Below, piece by piece: positions 1-9,951 of a stretch of 64,000 nucleotides of DNA. The position numbers and the translations under genes are program-made. Position 1 is the stretch's first letter. Each line of letters starts with the position of its first letter. This DNA is from an uncultured Prochlorococcus sp. (GTDB lineage: Bacteria > Cyanobacteriota > Cyanobacteriia > PCC-6307 > Cyanobiaceae): positions 545 through 64,544 of the forward strand of contig CABZHQ010000003.1 in the NCBI GenBank assembly GCA_902525585.1. The letters are read 5' to 3'. A model generated the notes under the pieces. It worked only from the letters and a program-made list of their open reading frames with translations, was not told the origin of the DNA and did no database searches.

Positions 1-11
1 TTTTTAATCAT
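1..11 (-). CDS. pstB: Probable start of phosphate ABC transporter ATPase PstB (runs off the window)
   Basis: ATG-ATT-AAA begins 1 nt after the pstA stop; pstC-pstA-pstB is the standard order. Only 3 full codons are visible. Confidence 0.55.
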
Positions 12-12
12 T

Positions 13-912
13 TCATACCCTCTTAGTTTTCTCAGTAAAAGCGGCCAATATCCTTGAAAAAATATTAACTGTTAGTATTGATATCACAAGAATAAAGGAA
101 GCCGCCCAGGCTAGTTTATTCTGTGCATCATAAGGTTCAAGGGCAAAATTATATATCAAGACAGCTAATGAGCCCATCTCGTAAAACAAATCTTCAAAAC
201 CTACTATGTAGTAGTAAGAAAATAAAGCAGTAAATATCAAAGGTGCTGTTTCGCCTGCAGCCCTTGCGATTCCAAGCACAACCCCAGTAGCAATAGATCT
301 AAATGCTGTGGGTAAAGTTATTTTTAATATTGTTGTATACATACTTGCTCCTATGCCTAGAGAAGCATACCTTAATTCATTTGGTACTAACTTTAAACCT
401 TCATCAGTAGTTTTTATAACTGTAGGCAACATCAATATTGAAAGAGCCATACCTCCTGCTAAACCACTGTACATACTGCCAAATAAAATTTTTGTTGAAA
501 CGATTAAGGCATAAATAAATACACCTGCGATTATTGAAGGAACACCAGCTAAAACATTAACTCCGAATCTAATAAATTTTGAAAAAGGTCCTCCGTTTGA
601 ATATTCAGCTAGATATATACCACCGCCAACACCTACTGGTATGGAAATAATTGAAGCAATAGTTGTAATTACTAGTGTCCCAATTAATGCAGGATTAATT
701 CCTCCCGCATCTAAATCATCTCCGGGAGGATTTGGTTCTAAAGTAAATAATTCTGGTGTGATTTGAGCTCCCCCTTTAATAAGAATATATGTAACCACAA
801 AAATCAAAGGAAGAATTGCAATGAGTGCACAAAAAACTGATAAAGAAGTAAAGAATTTATCTCCTACATTTCGTGATAGTTTTTTCTGGTAATAAAGAGA
901 ATTCATAATCAT
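13..912 (-). CDS. pstA: Phosphate ABC transporter permease PstA
   Basis: GVPSII and ARAAGETAPL motifs; follows pstC. Confidence 0.95.
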   Translation of the reverse strand: MIMNSLYYQKKLSRNVGDKFFTSLSVFCALIAILPLIFVVTYILIKGGAQITPELFTLEPNPPGDDLDAGGINPALIGTLVITTIASIISIPVGVGGGIYLAEYSNGGPFSKFIRFGVNVLAGVPSIIAGVFIYALIVSTKILFGSMYSGLAGGMALSILMLPTVIKTTDEGLKLVPNELRYASLGIGASMYTTILKITLPTAFRSIATGVVLGIARAAGETAPLIFTALFSYYYIVGFEDLFYEMGSLAVLIYNFALEPYDAQNKLAWAASFILVISILTVNIFSRILAAFTEKTKRV

Positions 913-1860
913 CTAATATTTGAGACTAAATTTCTTAACTAGCCATTGAGCAAAGATATTAACCACTAAAGATAGGATCATTAGTACAAAAGCCGCATAA
1001 AAAAGTGATGAGACCTGACTTCCATCGGCTTCACCAAACTGGTTTGCAAGCATAGAAGAGATGGTATATCCAGGAGATAATAGTGACCAACTAAATGCAT
1101 TAGAATTTCCAATAATCATCGTTACAGCCATGGTTTCACCCATTGCCCTGCCTAACGCCAATAGAACTCCTGCCATAATTCCTGATAATGCCGCAGGCAA
1201 AATTACCGAAAATATAGTTTTCCATCTACTTGCACCAATTCCATAGGAAGCATTCCTAAGCTTTTTGGGAACTTGATTCAGACTATCTCTAGCTATCGAG
1301 GTCACTATTGGTAAAAGCATTACCACTAAAATTATTATCGCTAAAAGTGAATTCCGACCTGCAGGCTCCGAACTAAATAAAGGAAGCCAACCAAAGAATT
1401 TATGTAAAAAAACAAAAAACTCTCTAAAGAAAGGTTCCATAACAAATATCGCCCATAATCCCAATACGACAGATGGTATAGCTGCTAGTAATTCAACAAA
1501 TGAACCTACTATTTCTCTGAAAAATTTCGGAACAAAATCCTCTGTAATAAATATAGCAGTTCCAACACCTAAAGGGATAGTAATCAATAATGAAAGAAGA
1601 GAAGTAACTAATGTCCCATATATTGCTGTAAAAGCTCCATATTCATCTTTTACTGGATTCCATTCAGAAGTTACTAGAAAATTTAAGCCATACCTTGAAA
1701 ATGATTCAAATGACTGAAAAAAGACTACTAAAATAATTCCAAAAAGTACTATTGCAACAAGACTAGACAAGGCAAGGGTTGTATTTTTAAAGATTAAATC
1801 TATATTTTTTTCAATTCCGAATCTTTTACGATTCTTGAAAAGAGTTAATTTCTCTTCCAT
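913..1860 (-). CDS. pstC: Phosphate ABC transporter permease PstC
   Basis: AIPSVVLGLW and GRAMGETMAV motifs. Confidence 0.95.
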   Translation of the reverse strand: MEEKLTLFKNRKRFGIEKNIDLIFKNTTLALSSLVAIVLFGIILVVFFQSFESFSRYGLNFLVTSEWNPVKDEYGAFTAIYGTLVTSLLSLLITIPLGVGTAIFITEDFVPKFFREIVGSFVELLAAIPSVVLGLWAIFVMEPFFREFFVFLHKFFGWLPLFSSEPAGRNSLLAIIILVVMLLPIVTSIARDSLNQVPKKLRNASYGIGASRWKTIFSVILPAALSGIMAGVLLALGRAMGETMAVTMIIGNSNAFSWSLLSPGYTISSMLANQFGEADGSQVSSLFYAAFVLMILSLVVNIFAQWLVKKFSLKY

Positions 1861-1906
1861 TAAAAAAAGAATATCTCTTTAAATTTACTACTAAATATTG
1901 GAAAAG

Positions 1907-2001
1907 ACTTTAAGAGGGGTTAAAGGTATATGAAAGTCATGAAAAGTTAACATCCTTAAAATTAACATCTTCAAAAATTTTTTCTTTAACTTTACTTAAC
2001 C
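1907..2001. promoter_or_regulatory. Pho-box-like YTTAAY repeats in the pstC / hypothetical gene divergent region
   Basis: Minus strand TTTAACCCCT-CTTAAAG and plus strand TTTAACTTTA-CTTAACC; spacing is 10 bp rather than the usual 11. Confidence 0.4.
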
Positions 2002-2040
2002 ATAGGTGAATACTATTTTATTGAATAGATACTGAGGGGG

Positions 2041-2247
2041 ATGTTTAAATACAGGGAATTCATCGCTCAAATCAAATATAAAGAGGTAATATCTTCCCCT
2101 GTATATTTTATTCCTGTTTTGCTTTTAACCATAATGATTATTATTGAAGGTTTTCATATCTTTAATCACAAACAAAATTGCAAAACTAAAGCTGAGTGGA
2201 TGGAACAATCAGGAATGACTTATGACAGGGAATCAGAAGTGAACTAA
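2041..2247 (+). CDS. Small hypothetical membrane protein
   Basis: 68-aa ORF with one hydrophobic helix and GAGGGGG upstream. Confidence 0.6.
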   Translation: MFKYREFIAQIKYKEVISSPVYFIPVLLLTIMIIIEGFHIFNHKQNCKTKAEWMEQSGMTYDRESEVN

Positions 2248-2264
2248 AAAATTTAAAATATAAT

Positions 2265-2585
2265 TTATTCGCAGCAACGTTTTCTATTTGAGGAATAATC
2301 TGTCAAAGAAGTTATCCATTCCTTGATCAAAAAGAGAGCTTCTTTATTTAAACTGTAATAGACCCATCTACCTTCTTGTCTGTCTGAGATAATACCAGCT
2401 TCCTTCAATATTTTTATGTGATATGAAATTCTTGATTGAGATAAATTAGTTAACTTCATAATATCGCAAACACAAACTTCTCCATCCATCATTAGGTCAA
2501 TTATTTCTAGCCTAAAAGGATCAGAAAATGAAACCATCAATTTAGAAATATTTTCTTTTTTTACTTTGCTAATATCTTTTAACAA
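2265..2585 (-). CDS. arsR: ArsR family repressor
   Basis: EVCVCDI metal site, SQSRISYH..L HTH, C-terminal CC; divergent from gap-arsJ. Confidence 0.9.
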   Translation of the reverse strand: MLKDISKVKKENISKLMVSFSDPFRLEIIDLMMDGEVCVCDIMKLTNLSQSRISYHIKILKEAGIISDRQEGRWVYYSLNKEALFLIKEWITSLTDYSSNRKRCCE

Positions 2586-2640
2586 TTTTAAGGTAATTAA
2601 ATTTTCTTAAATATAGCTTAAATAAAAAAAGATTTCATTA

Positions 2641-2674
2641 ATCAAAACATCTTGATACATCAAAATATTTTGAT
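2641..2674. promoter_or_regulatory. Tandem ArsR operator
   Basis: ATCAAAACATCTTGAT and ATCAAAATATTTTGAT: two ATCAA-N6-TTGAT palindromes, matching the cyanobacterial ArsR site, between arsR and gap. Confidence 0.75.
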
Positions 2675-2700
2675 ATATAATTTCAATAGAGAATTTCAAA

Positions 2701-3726
2701 GTGATGAAAATTGGAATTAATGGTTTTGGAAGAATTGGCAGATTAGTTTTCAGAGCATTATGGGATAGAGCTGATATAGAAATAACTCACATTAATGAGA
2801 TAGCAGGAGATTCGAATGCCGCTGCGCATTTACTCGAATTCGATTCGGTCCATGGTAGATGGGGGAAAAATATAGAGGTCAAAGAAGAAGAAATAATAAT
2901 TGGGGAAAAGAAATTAGCCTACACATCTTTTAAAAATTATCTTGATGTTCCTTGGGAAAAATCTTCTGTAGATATTATTTTGGAATGTACAGGAAAGAAT
3001 AAAAAGCCAGACAAACTTAATCCATATTTTGATTCTCTTGGGATGAAAAGAGTAATAGTAGCTTGTCCAGTAAAGGGTATTGTAGCTGGAGAGGAATCAC
3101 TTAATATTGTTTACGGTATAAATCAAAGTCTTTATGACCCTTCTAAACATAAATTAGTAACTGCAGCATCTTGCACTACAAATTGTTTAGCTCCGATAGT
3201 AAAGGTAATCAATGAAAATTTTTCAATTAAGCACGGCGCTATTACAACTATTCACGATGTTACCAACACTCAAGTTCCTGTAGATTTTTATAAAAGTGAT
3301 TTGAGGAGAGCAAGAGGATGTATGCAAAGTTTAATACCTACTACTACTGGATCTGCTAAAGCTATCGCTGAGATCTTCCCAGAATTAAAAGGAAAATTAA
3401 ATGGGCATGCAGTAAGAGTTCCTCTACTTAATGGTTCTTTAACTGATGCAGTTTTTGAATTAAATAATGAAGTGTCAACTGAACAAGTAAATTTGGCACT
3501 TAAGTTAGCTTCAGAAACTTATTTAAAAGGAATTCTTGGCTACGAAGAAAGACCTTTAGTTTCTGCAGATTATGTAAATGACTCTAGAAGTTCAATAGTT
3601 GATAGTTTATCAACTATGGTTGTTAATTCAAATTTATTAAAGATATACGCTTGGTATGACAACGAGTGGGGTTACAGCTGCAGACTTGCAGATCTTACTG
3701 AATATGTAATCAAAAAAGAGATTTAA
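2701..3726 (+). CDS. gap: ArsJ-associated glyceraldehyde-3-phosphate dehydrogenase
   Basis: [25 protein letters not shown]; directly upstream of arsJ. Confidence 0.92.
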   Translation: MMKIGINGFGRIGRLVFRALWDRADIEITHINEIAGDSNAAAHLLEFDSVHGRWGKNIEVKEEEIIIGEKKLAYTSFKNYLDVPWEKSSVDIILECTGKNKKPDKLNPYFDSLGMKRVIVACPVKGIVAGEESLNIVYGINQSLYDPSKHKLVTAASCTTNCLAPIVKVINENFSIKHGAITTIHDVTNTQVPVDFYKSDLRRARGCMQSLIPTTTGSAKAIAEIFPELKGKLNGHAVRVPLLNGSLTDAVFELNNEVSTEQVNLALKLASETYLKGILGYEERPLVSADYVNDSRSSIVDSLSTMVVNSNLLKIYAWYDNEWGYSCRLADLTEYVIKKEI

Positions 3727-3737
3727 TTTATGTCTTT

Positions 3738-4997
3738 ATGAAGTTATCTAATATTCAACAATATAGTGTTGTAACAGCAAACTATTGGGCATTCACGCTT
3801 ACTGACGGCGCATTAAGATTATTAGTTGTTGGTCACTTTCATGAGCTAGGTTACACAACTCTACAAATTGCTTTACTTTTCCTTTTTTATGAGTTTTTTG
3901 GAATAATTACTAATTTATATGGTGGTTGGATAGGAGCAAGATATGGTTTAAGGCTTACTTTATGGATTGGGACGATCCTGCAAATCATTGCTCTTTTTAT
4001 GCTTATTCCAGTTAAGGAAGATTGGCCGGTAATTTTTAGTGTCGCATACGTTATGGTTGCTCAAGCAGTTAGTGGAATAGCAAAAGATTTAAACAAAATG
4101 AGTGCTAAAAGTGCTGTTAAGACAGTAGTTCCAGAGACAAATGATGGCAATGATACTGGCCAAAAACAACTTTTTAAATGGGTTGCTATTTTAACTGGAT
4201 CTAAAAATGCTCTTAAGGGAGTTGGTTTTTTCTTGGGTGGACTTTTATATAAGTTATTTGGATTCAATAATGCTGTAGGAATTATGGGTTTTGGACTCTG
4301 CTTAGCCTTTTTATTGACATTAATTTTACCTGGAGAAATTGGCAAGATGAAAACCAAACCAGCTTTTAATGATCTTTTTTCAAAATCAAATGCCATAAAT
4401 ATTCTTTCTGCAGCAAGATTCTTTCTTTTTGGAGCAAGAGATGTTTGGTTTGTTGTAGCTCTTCCAGTATTCCTAGATATGGCATTTGGTTGGGACTACA
4501 TGGAAATAGGATTATTTCTTGGGGCCTGGGTAATAGGTTATGGAATTGTTCAGGCTTCTGCTCCAGCAATTAGAAAGATGTGGGGACAAAAAGAAAGTCC
4601 AGATCGTAAAGCTATCCAATTTTGGAGTGCCGTATTAATGGTCATACCATCTTTGATAGGAATCGCATTATGGAGAGAAAGTTCTCCATCGATAGCAATA
4701 ATTTTAGGACTCACTATTTTTGGATTTGTTTTTGCAATGAATTCATCTACACATTCTTATATGATTTTGGCCTACTCTGATAATGAAAAAGTCAGTTTAA
4801 ATGTTGGCTTCTATTACATGGCAAATGCTGCTGGAAGACTAATTGGAACATTACTATCTGGCTTACTATTTATGATTGGGAGAAATCCGAGTATTGGTCT
4901 TCAATATTGTCTTTATTTTTCATCACTTCTAATATTCTTATCTTGGATTTCGAGTCTTAAATTACCCTCGTTCAAACAAAGCCTATCAGCTCCTTAA
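3738..4997 (+). CDS. arsJ: Organoarsenical efflux MFS transporter ArsJ
   Basis: NYWAFTLTDGALR, KDLNKMSAKSA, VGFYYMANAAGRL motifs; adjacent to gap. Confidence 0.88.
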   Translation: MKLSNIQQYSVVTANYWAFTLTDGALRLLVVGHFHELGYTTLQIALLFLFYEFFGIITNLYGGWIGARYGLRLTLWIGTILQIIALFMLIPVKEDWPVIFSVAYVMVAQAVSGIAKDLNKMSAKSAVKTVVPETNDGNDTGQKQLFKWVAILTGSKNALKGVGFFLGGLLYKLFGFNNAVGIMGFGLCLAFLLTLILPGEIGKMKTKPAFNDLFSKSNAINILSAARFFLFGARDVWFVVALPVFLDMAFGWDYMEIGLFLGAWVIGYGIVQASAPAIRKMWGQKESPDRKAIQFWSAVLMVIPSLIGIALWRESSPSIAIILGLTIFGFVFAMNSSTHSYMILAYSDNEKVSLNVGFYYMANAAGRLIGTLLSGLLFMIGRNPSIGLQYCLYFSSLLIFLSWISSLKLPSFKQSLSAP

Positions 4998-5027
4998 AGA
5001 CTAATTTTTAGGAATTAGAATATTTTA

Positions 5028-6254
5028 ATGGCAAAAATATCCTTAATTGAACTCGCAAAAACTTTCTTAAAAATTGGTATTTTAAGTTTTGGAGGACCCT
5101 ATGCTCATATTTCCTTATTCGAAGATGAACTAATAAATAATAAAAAATTCATATCAACTCAATCTTTTGAAAAAGGTATTGGATTATGTCAAATACTTCC
5201 AGGACCAATATCTACTCAATTGGCAATATATATAGGTCTTAAATTAAATGGTTATCTTGGTGGATTGATATCAGGTATAAGTTTCATTATCCCAGGATTC
5301 ATTTCGGTATTAGCTCTTAGTTTTTTTTGGCAAATTGGTTCTGGATCAAAATTCTTAACAGATTTAATTTATTTTAATCCGCCTATTATTGCAGGAATAA
5401 TTTTTTCATTCTCATTAGTTCTATTAAAAAAAAGATTAAAGTTTGATCGAATATTATTCTCCAGCTCAATATTATTTCTACTTATATTTGCCAAATATAA
5501 TAGTATTCAATTTCCACTAATTACAATACTTACTATTGCAGGATTGATAAATATATTTTTAAAGAAATTCAAAAATATTTTTTATAGCTTGGTCCCTTTA
5601 TCTATATTTTCAACAACCTCATTTTTGATTAGCTCGGTCTTTTTAGATATATCAAAGTTTTATAATTTTTTAAGAGAGTCTATAACCTCAAAGTTTTTAG
5701 TAGATTACCTTAATCTGTTTTTTTTCTTCTTTAAATCGGGACTTTTTATTTTTGGAGGTGGATTAGTAATCATTCCTCTTATGAGTGATTATGTTATCTC
5801 GCAAGGATGGTTAACAAATAATGAATTTATAGATGGAATAATGATTAGCCAAATAACACCTGGGCCTGTTTTATTAATTACAAGTTTTATTGGATATAAA
5901 GCAGGTTTTTCAATTGGAGGTATTAATGAGGCTTTAAAATATTCATTTATATCAACTTTTGCAATTTTTTTACCAAGTTTTATTTTGATTTTTGTTTTTG
6001 GAAAAGGCTTAATAAAAAACAGAATTAAATCGATTAATTACTTTATCGAAGGAGTGATCAATACAATTCCTGGAGCAGTTATTTTCTCTGGATTTAATTT
6101 AATTGAAGATAGTTTTTCATCAAAATTCTTTTTAATTAGCTCTATTTTTATAATTTTAATCTCTACACTATTATCTTTTTTTAAAATAGTTCCAACATAT
6201 ATACTTATCCTTTTTTCTTTAATATTAGGTTTATCAAAATATTTATTTGCATAA
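5028..6254 (+). CDS. chrA: Chromate/oxyanion transporter (ChrA family)
   Basis: Two SFGG/FGGG...PGP repeat domains. Confidence 0.88.
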   Translation: MAKISLIELAKTFLKIGILSFGGPYAHISLFEDELINNKKFISTQSFEKGIGLCQILPGPISTQLAIYIGLKLNGYLGGLISGISFIIPGFISVLALSFFWQIGSGSKFLTDLIYFNPPIIAGIIFSFSLVLLKKRLKFDRILFSSSILFLLIFAKYNSIQFPLITILTIAGLINIFLKKFKNIFYSLVPLSIFSTTSFLISSVFLDISKFYNFLRESITSKFLVDYLNLFFFFFKSGLFIFGGGLVIIPLMSDYVISQGWLTNNEFIDGIMISQITPGPVLLITSFIGYKAGFSIGGINEALKYSFISTFAIFLPSFILIFVFGKGLIKNRIKSINYFIEGVINTIPGAVIFSGFNLIEDSFSSKFFLISSIFIILISTLLSFFKIVPTYILILFSLILGLSKYLFA

Positions 6255-6283
6255 AAAAAAGGAGGAAATAAATTCCCCCTTTT
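6254..6283. terminator. Bidirectional terminator between chrA and pstS
   Basis: A-tract, AAGGAGGAA...TTCCCCCTT stem, T-tract between convergent genes. Confidence 0.55.
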
Positions 6284-6301
6284 AAATGTTTTTCTTACGG
6301 T

Positions 6302-7297
6302 TTATTTACCGATTCTTTTTACAGCAGCTCTTGATTTCTCAAGAATATCGCCTTTTAAAGGAACAAAGCCTAGTGATGGAGCTTTATCTTGATACTCATC
6401 ACTTAACAATGTATTAAAGGCTTGTTTGATAGCTTTAGTGTTTCTACCATTACCTTCTTCATAGGCAAGTATCCATGTTAATGAAGCTATAGGATATGCT
6501 CCTTTTGCAGTTGGATTAGGATTTTTACCTGCAAGATTTTCATCTAGAGTAATACCATTAAGAGCCTTAGCTCCTGCTTCTACAGATGGTTTTAGAAATT
6601 CACCTGAAAGATTCTGAAGTGCAGCAGCTTTAACATTACCTTTAATATAGGACTGGTTAACATAACCAATTGCACCAGGAGTATTTTGAATTACACCAGC
6701 AACACCTGAATTACCTTTAGCACCAACGCCTGCTGGCCATTTAACAGATTTACCAGTTCCTAAAGTCCAAGTTGGTGAAAAAGCTTCCATGGAATTTGTA
6801 AAGGCTTTAGTTGTACCTGATCCATCAGAACGATGTGCCCAAGTTAATTTACCAGCCTTACAGCCAACTTCCTTCCAGTTCTTGATCATACCCATAGCAA
6901 CTTGTACTGCTTGCTCTTGAGTAAGTTTCAAATCACAATCATAGTTATAACCAAAAGCAATAGTTCCTCCAACCATAGGAATCTGAACTAATCCTCTTGT
7001 TACCTTCGCTATATCATTAGCCTTCATGGGATCATCAGAAGCACCGAAGTTTACAGTTTGATCAATAAAAGCTTTTCTTCCAGAGCCTGAACCAACAGCC
7101 TGGTAATTTACTCTTGGTCCGCCTGAAGAGGCTAAATCTTTGAACCAACGAGTGTAGATTTTGGCAGGAAATGATGCTCCAGCACCACTTAATCTAGTTC
7201 TAGCAGAAACACTTGTGCCAGGAACACTTGTACCAGCAGCAATGGCTACTGCAGAAGTGAGAACCAAAGCTTTCTTAGCTATGTTCATGGATGTCAT
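6302..7297 (-). CDS. pstS: Phosphate-binding protein PstS
   Basis: GAGASFP, GSGSG, FGASD, RSDGSGTT, YPI motifs. Confidence 0.97.
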   Translation of the reverse strand: MTSMNIAKKALVLTSAVAIAAGTSVPGTSVSARTRLSGAGASFPAKIYTRWFKDLASSGGPRVNYQAVGSGSGRKAFIDQTVNFGASDDPMKANDIAKVTRGLVQIPMVGGTIAFGYNYDCDLKLTQEQAVQVAMGMIKNWKEVGCKAGKLTWAHRSDGSGTTKAFTNSMEAFSPTWTLGTGKSVKWPAGVGAKGNSGVAGVIQNTPGAIGYVNQSYIKGNVKAAALQNLSGEFLKPSVEAGAKALNGITLDENLAGKNPNPTAKGAYPIASLTWILAYEEGNGRNTKAIKQAFNTLLSDEYQDKAPSLGFVPLKGDILEKSRAAVKRIGK

Positions 7298-7383
7298 GAT
7301 TAAATGAAAGACTACATATATATAGCACCGAAATTATACACAAATACTTATTAATTGAAATTTTATCCTGTGGTTAATTAGTT

Positions 7384-7405
7384 CTTAACCCTTTCTTAAA
7401 CTAGA
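7384..7405 (+). promoter_or_regulatory. Pho-box-like repeat
   Basis: CTTAACCCTTT-CTTAAACTAGA at 11-bp spacing. Confidence 0.55.
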
Positions 7406-7513
7406 TATTAAATTGACTTTTTTTCGTTTTGTTTCAAAAATATTTTGGAATAAACATAGTATAGTTTTTAACTTTTATTAAAAAAAATCTCGAAATAAAT
7501 AAACATTTTTGGA

Positions 7514-7546
7514 TTTAATTTAAGGGAAGTTTAAGATCTCCTTAAG
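7514..7546 (-). promoter_or_regulatory. Triple Pho box oriented toward pstS
   Basis: Minus strand CTTAAGGAGAT-CTTAAACTTCC-CTTAAATTAAA, three units at 11-bp period. Confidence 0.7.
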
Positions 7547-7567
7547 TTTTACTTTTTGACTTTATTT

Positions 7568-7589
7568 CTTACCCGTTTCTTAACCTAAA
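7568..7589 (+). promoter_or_regulatory. Pho box upstream of the porin gene
   Basis: CTTACCCGTTT-CTTAACCTAAA at 11-bp spacing. Confidence 0.6.
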
Positions 7590-7638
7590 TTCGTTCTTAT
7601 AAATTTGGATATTTATCCATTTTTACGTGTTGAGGTTT

Positions 7639-9015
7639 ATGAAACTTTTTCAAAAATTAATTGCTGCTCCTGCCATCATTTCTTTGGCATCGGGTTTTGC
7701 AGTAAACGCAACTGAGATCAATTCACAAGATCTTAGTGATTATTCAAACTCTAGCAATCTAGTATCTTTAGGTGATTTCAAATCAGATACTTTATACCCT
7801 GGAGATTGGGCTTACGATTCATTAAAAGATCTTACAAATAGTCCTAAATTCAACGGAAACGCAGTTTCTCGTTTTGAAGCTGCTGCTGAATTAAACAACT
7901 TAATTGCAGGTGGCGAAGGCCTAATAAACGGAGCTGCAATAAATAGACTAAGTGATGAGCTTGGTTCTGAGTTGGCAATTATGAAAGGAAGAGTGGATGG
8001 ACTTGAAGCTCGTGTTAATGGCATTGAAGCTGGTGGTTTCTCTGATACCACTACTATGTCTGGAACTGCAGCGTTTCTTGTTGGTGCTGAATCTAAGGAT
8101 GGCAATTCTGGCGAAGCAGCAATGTTCGAATATTTCTATGAAGTTGATTTAAATACCAGCTTCACAGGTGAAGATAACTTAAATGTCGAATTTGAAACAG
8201 GTAACGCTTCAGGAACTGGAGTTGGTGCAACTTTAGATTGGGGTTCAAGCAATTCCGATGTTTTAAAAGTTACTGATGTAAACTATAAATTCCCTGTTGG
8301 AGAGTGGACATTAGCGGTTGGTGAATCTATGGATGCATCCGCGACATGGCCTAACGCATGTGCAGTTTCAAACACAGTTGATAGTTTGGGTGATTGCGGA
8401 GCGGGTAACTCTGTTGACTTAGGTGGTGATATATCATTCAGTGCTTCTAGAGCATTTGGTGATGGCTGGGAGATCGGTCTTGGTTTATCAGCTGCTTCAG
8501 GAGAAGAAGCTAATAGAGGTGCGTTCACAAAACAGGGTGATGACTATTATGGAGTTGCTATTGGTTACGAGACTGACACCTACGGCTTCACAGTTGCTTA
8601 CTCTATGAAGGAGAGTACTGACTTAGATTCATCAGGCCCTTTTGAAGAGTGGGATGCTTCTGATACCCAAACTGATTCAACATACTACGGTTTAGTTGGA
8701 TATTATTCTCCTGAATCTGCTCCAGTAACATTCAGTGGAGGTATCGAGCTTACTGATGTAGAAGGTACTAATACTGACAAAACTCAGTGGACAATTGGAG
8801 TTTCTACTGACCTTGGAGAAGGTACTCTAGCTGCAAGTGTTGGAACAGATGGTGCCATAGCAGATAACGCTGAAGAAAGAATGGCTTATGACGTTTCTTA
8901 TGAGTATCCAATCAATGACAGTATGTCAATTACACCTTTTGGCTACATCGTAGAACAAAGTGGTTCAACTGATGATACTGCAGGTTTTGGTGCATCTGTC
9001 TCATTCTCCTTCTAA
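7639..9015 (+). CDS. phoE: Outer-membrane porin (Som/PhoE-type)
   Basis: MKLFQKL signal peptide, SLH-like PGDWAY segment, coiled coil, FSDTTTMSG, C-terminal Phe; start placed at ATG 7639. Confidence 0.85.
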   Translation: MKLFQKLIAAPAIISLASGFAVNATEINSQDLSDYSNSSNLVSLGDFKSDTLYPGDWAYDSLKDLTNSPKFNGNAVSRFEAAAELNNLIAGGEGLINGAAINRLSDELGSELAIMKGRVDGLEARVNGIEAGGFSDTTTMSGTAAFLVGAESKDGNSGEAAMFEYFYEVDLNTSFTGEDNLNVEFETGNASGTGVGATLDWGSSNSDVLKVTDVNYKFPVGEWTLAVGESMDASATWPNACAVSNTVDSLGDCGAGNSVDLGGDISFSASRAFGDGWEIGLGLSAASGEEANRGAFTKQGDDYYGVAIGYETDTYGFTVAYSMKESTDLDSSGPFEEWDASDTQTDSTYYGLVGYYSPESAPVTFSGGIELTDVEGTNTDKTQWTIGVSTDLGEGTLAASVGTDGAIADNAEERMAYDVSYEYPINDSMSITPFGYIVEQSGSTDDTAGFGASVSFSF

Positions 9016-9046
9016 TTAAATTAATTAGAAAATCTTACACACATAA

Positions 9047-9078
9047 CAAGACCTGCCAAAAACAGGTCTTTTTTTTTA
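9047..9078 (+). terminator. Intrinsic terminator after the porin gene
   Basis: AAGACCTG-ccaaaaa-CAGGTCTT followed by a long T-tract. Confidence 0.8.
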
Positions 9079-9103
9079 ACCTTATAAAGTAAACAAATTT
9101 TTT

Positions 9104-9712
9104 ATGAATATTTTACCTGTCTTCCCTTCCTTAATTATTAGAGAAAAAATTGAAGATTACGATAAATACAAAGATGAGCTAATACTATATGCTTATGAAC
9201 AAGAAAAAAAAGATCCAGATGGTTTGAAAAACAGTAAAAATCTAGGATGGCAGTCTCAACATAAGTATGCAAATTCTCAAAATCCTGTATCTTCGATAGT
9301 AATAAATTTAATTAAAAGTATCCTCAACAATAAAAATATTTTTGATATCAAAGATCTTTCAAAAGCAAGGATGCAAATGTGGATAAATATTAATAAGCCT
9401 GGGCAAATAAATAATAGACATGATCATCCAGGTTCAGATTTATCTGGCGTTTTTTGGGTAAAGAGTTTAAAAAAAAGTGGAGATTTAATGTTTTATTCTC
9501 CAAATTATATTTCACAATACAATCAAATGAATTTAATAAAAGATGAAATTGGTAAAAAATTGTTTTCCACGAGAAGTATTGCATTTGAACCACTTGAGGG
9601 TACGCTTGTTTTATTCCCATCTGATTTATCTCATGCGGTACCAGAAAATAATTCAGATGAAGATAGGATCTCAGTTGCTTTCAATATTGATTTGAGAAAT
9701 TGCTTAACATAG
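9104..9712 (+). CDS. Putative 2OG-Fe(II) oxygenase (TIGR02466-like)
   Basis: W.NIN, H-D-H, LSGVFWV, LFPS.L.H.V, RISVAFN motifs. Confidence 0.8.
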   Translation: MNILPVFPSLIIREKIEDYDKYKDELILYAYEQEKKDPDGLKNSKNLGWQSQHKYANSQNPVSSIVINLIKSILNNKNIFDIKDLSKARMQMWININKPGQINNRHDHPGSDLSGVFWVKSLKKSGDLMFYSPNYISQYNQMNLIKDEIGKKLFSTRSIAFEPLEGTLVLFPSDLSHAVPENNSDEDRISVAFNIDLRNCLT

Positions 9713-9871
9713 ATCTCTTCAAATTTCTAAATGCATTCTCTAATAAAAGTTTACCTTTTTAATTTAAATACAAAGGAAGAAAGATCTTTATTATTTTGCT
9801 TATGATTTTATAAAAAATTCTTAAAAACATTGGACTTCATTATGGAGTCCTTTTTTTCTGCTTTTTAAAAA

Positions 9872-9912
9872 CTTAAATTGTTCTTAATAAATTTATTTTT
9901 TTTTCTTAACTT
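9872..9912 (+). promoter_or_regulatory. Pho-box-like repeats upstream of phoA
   Basis: CTTAA units in 11-bp phase at 9872, 9883 and 9905. Confidence 0.6.
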
Positions 9913-9951
9913 TATAAAGAGACTATAAGAGAGTGTTTTCTTACGCACTAA

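Noticed and set aside
7207-7235. 15-bp duplication (GTSVP/GTSVS) in the pstS leader
   Set aside because: Real but trivial slippage in the signal region
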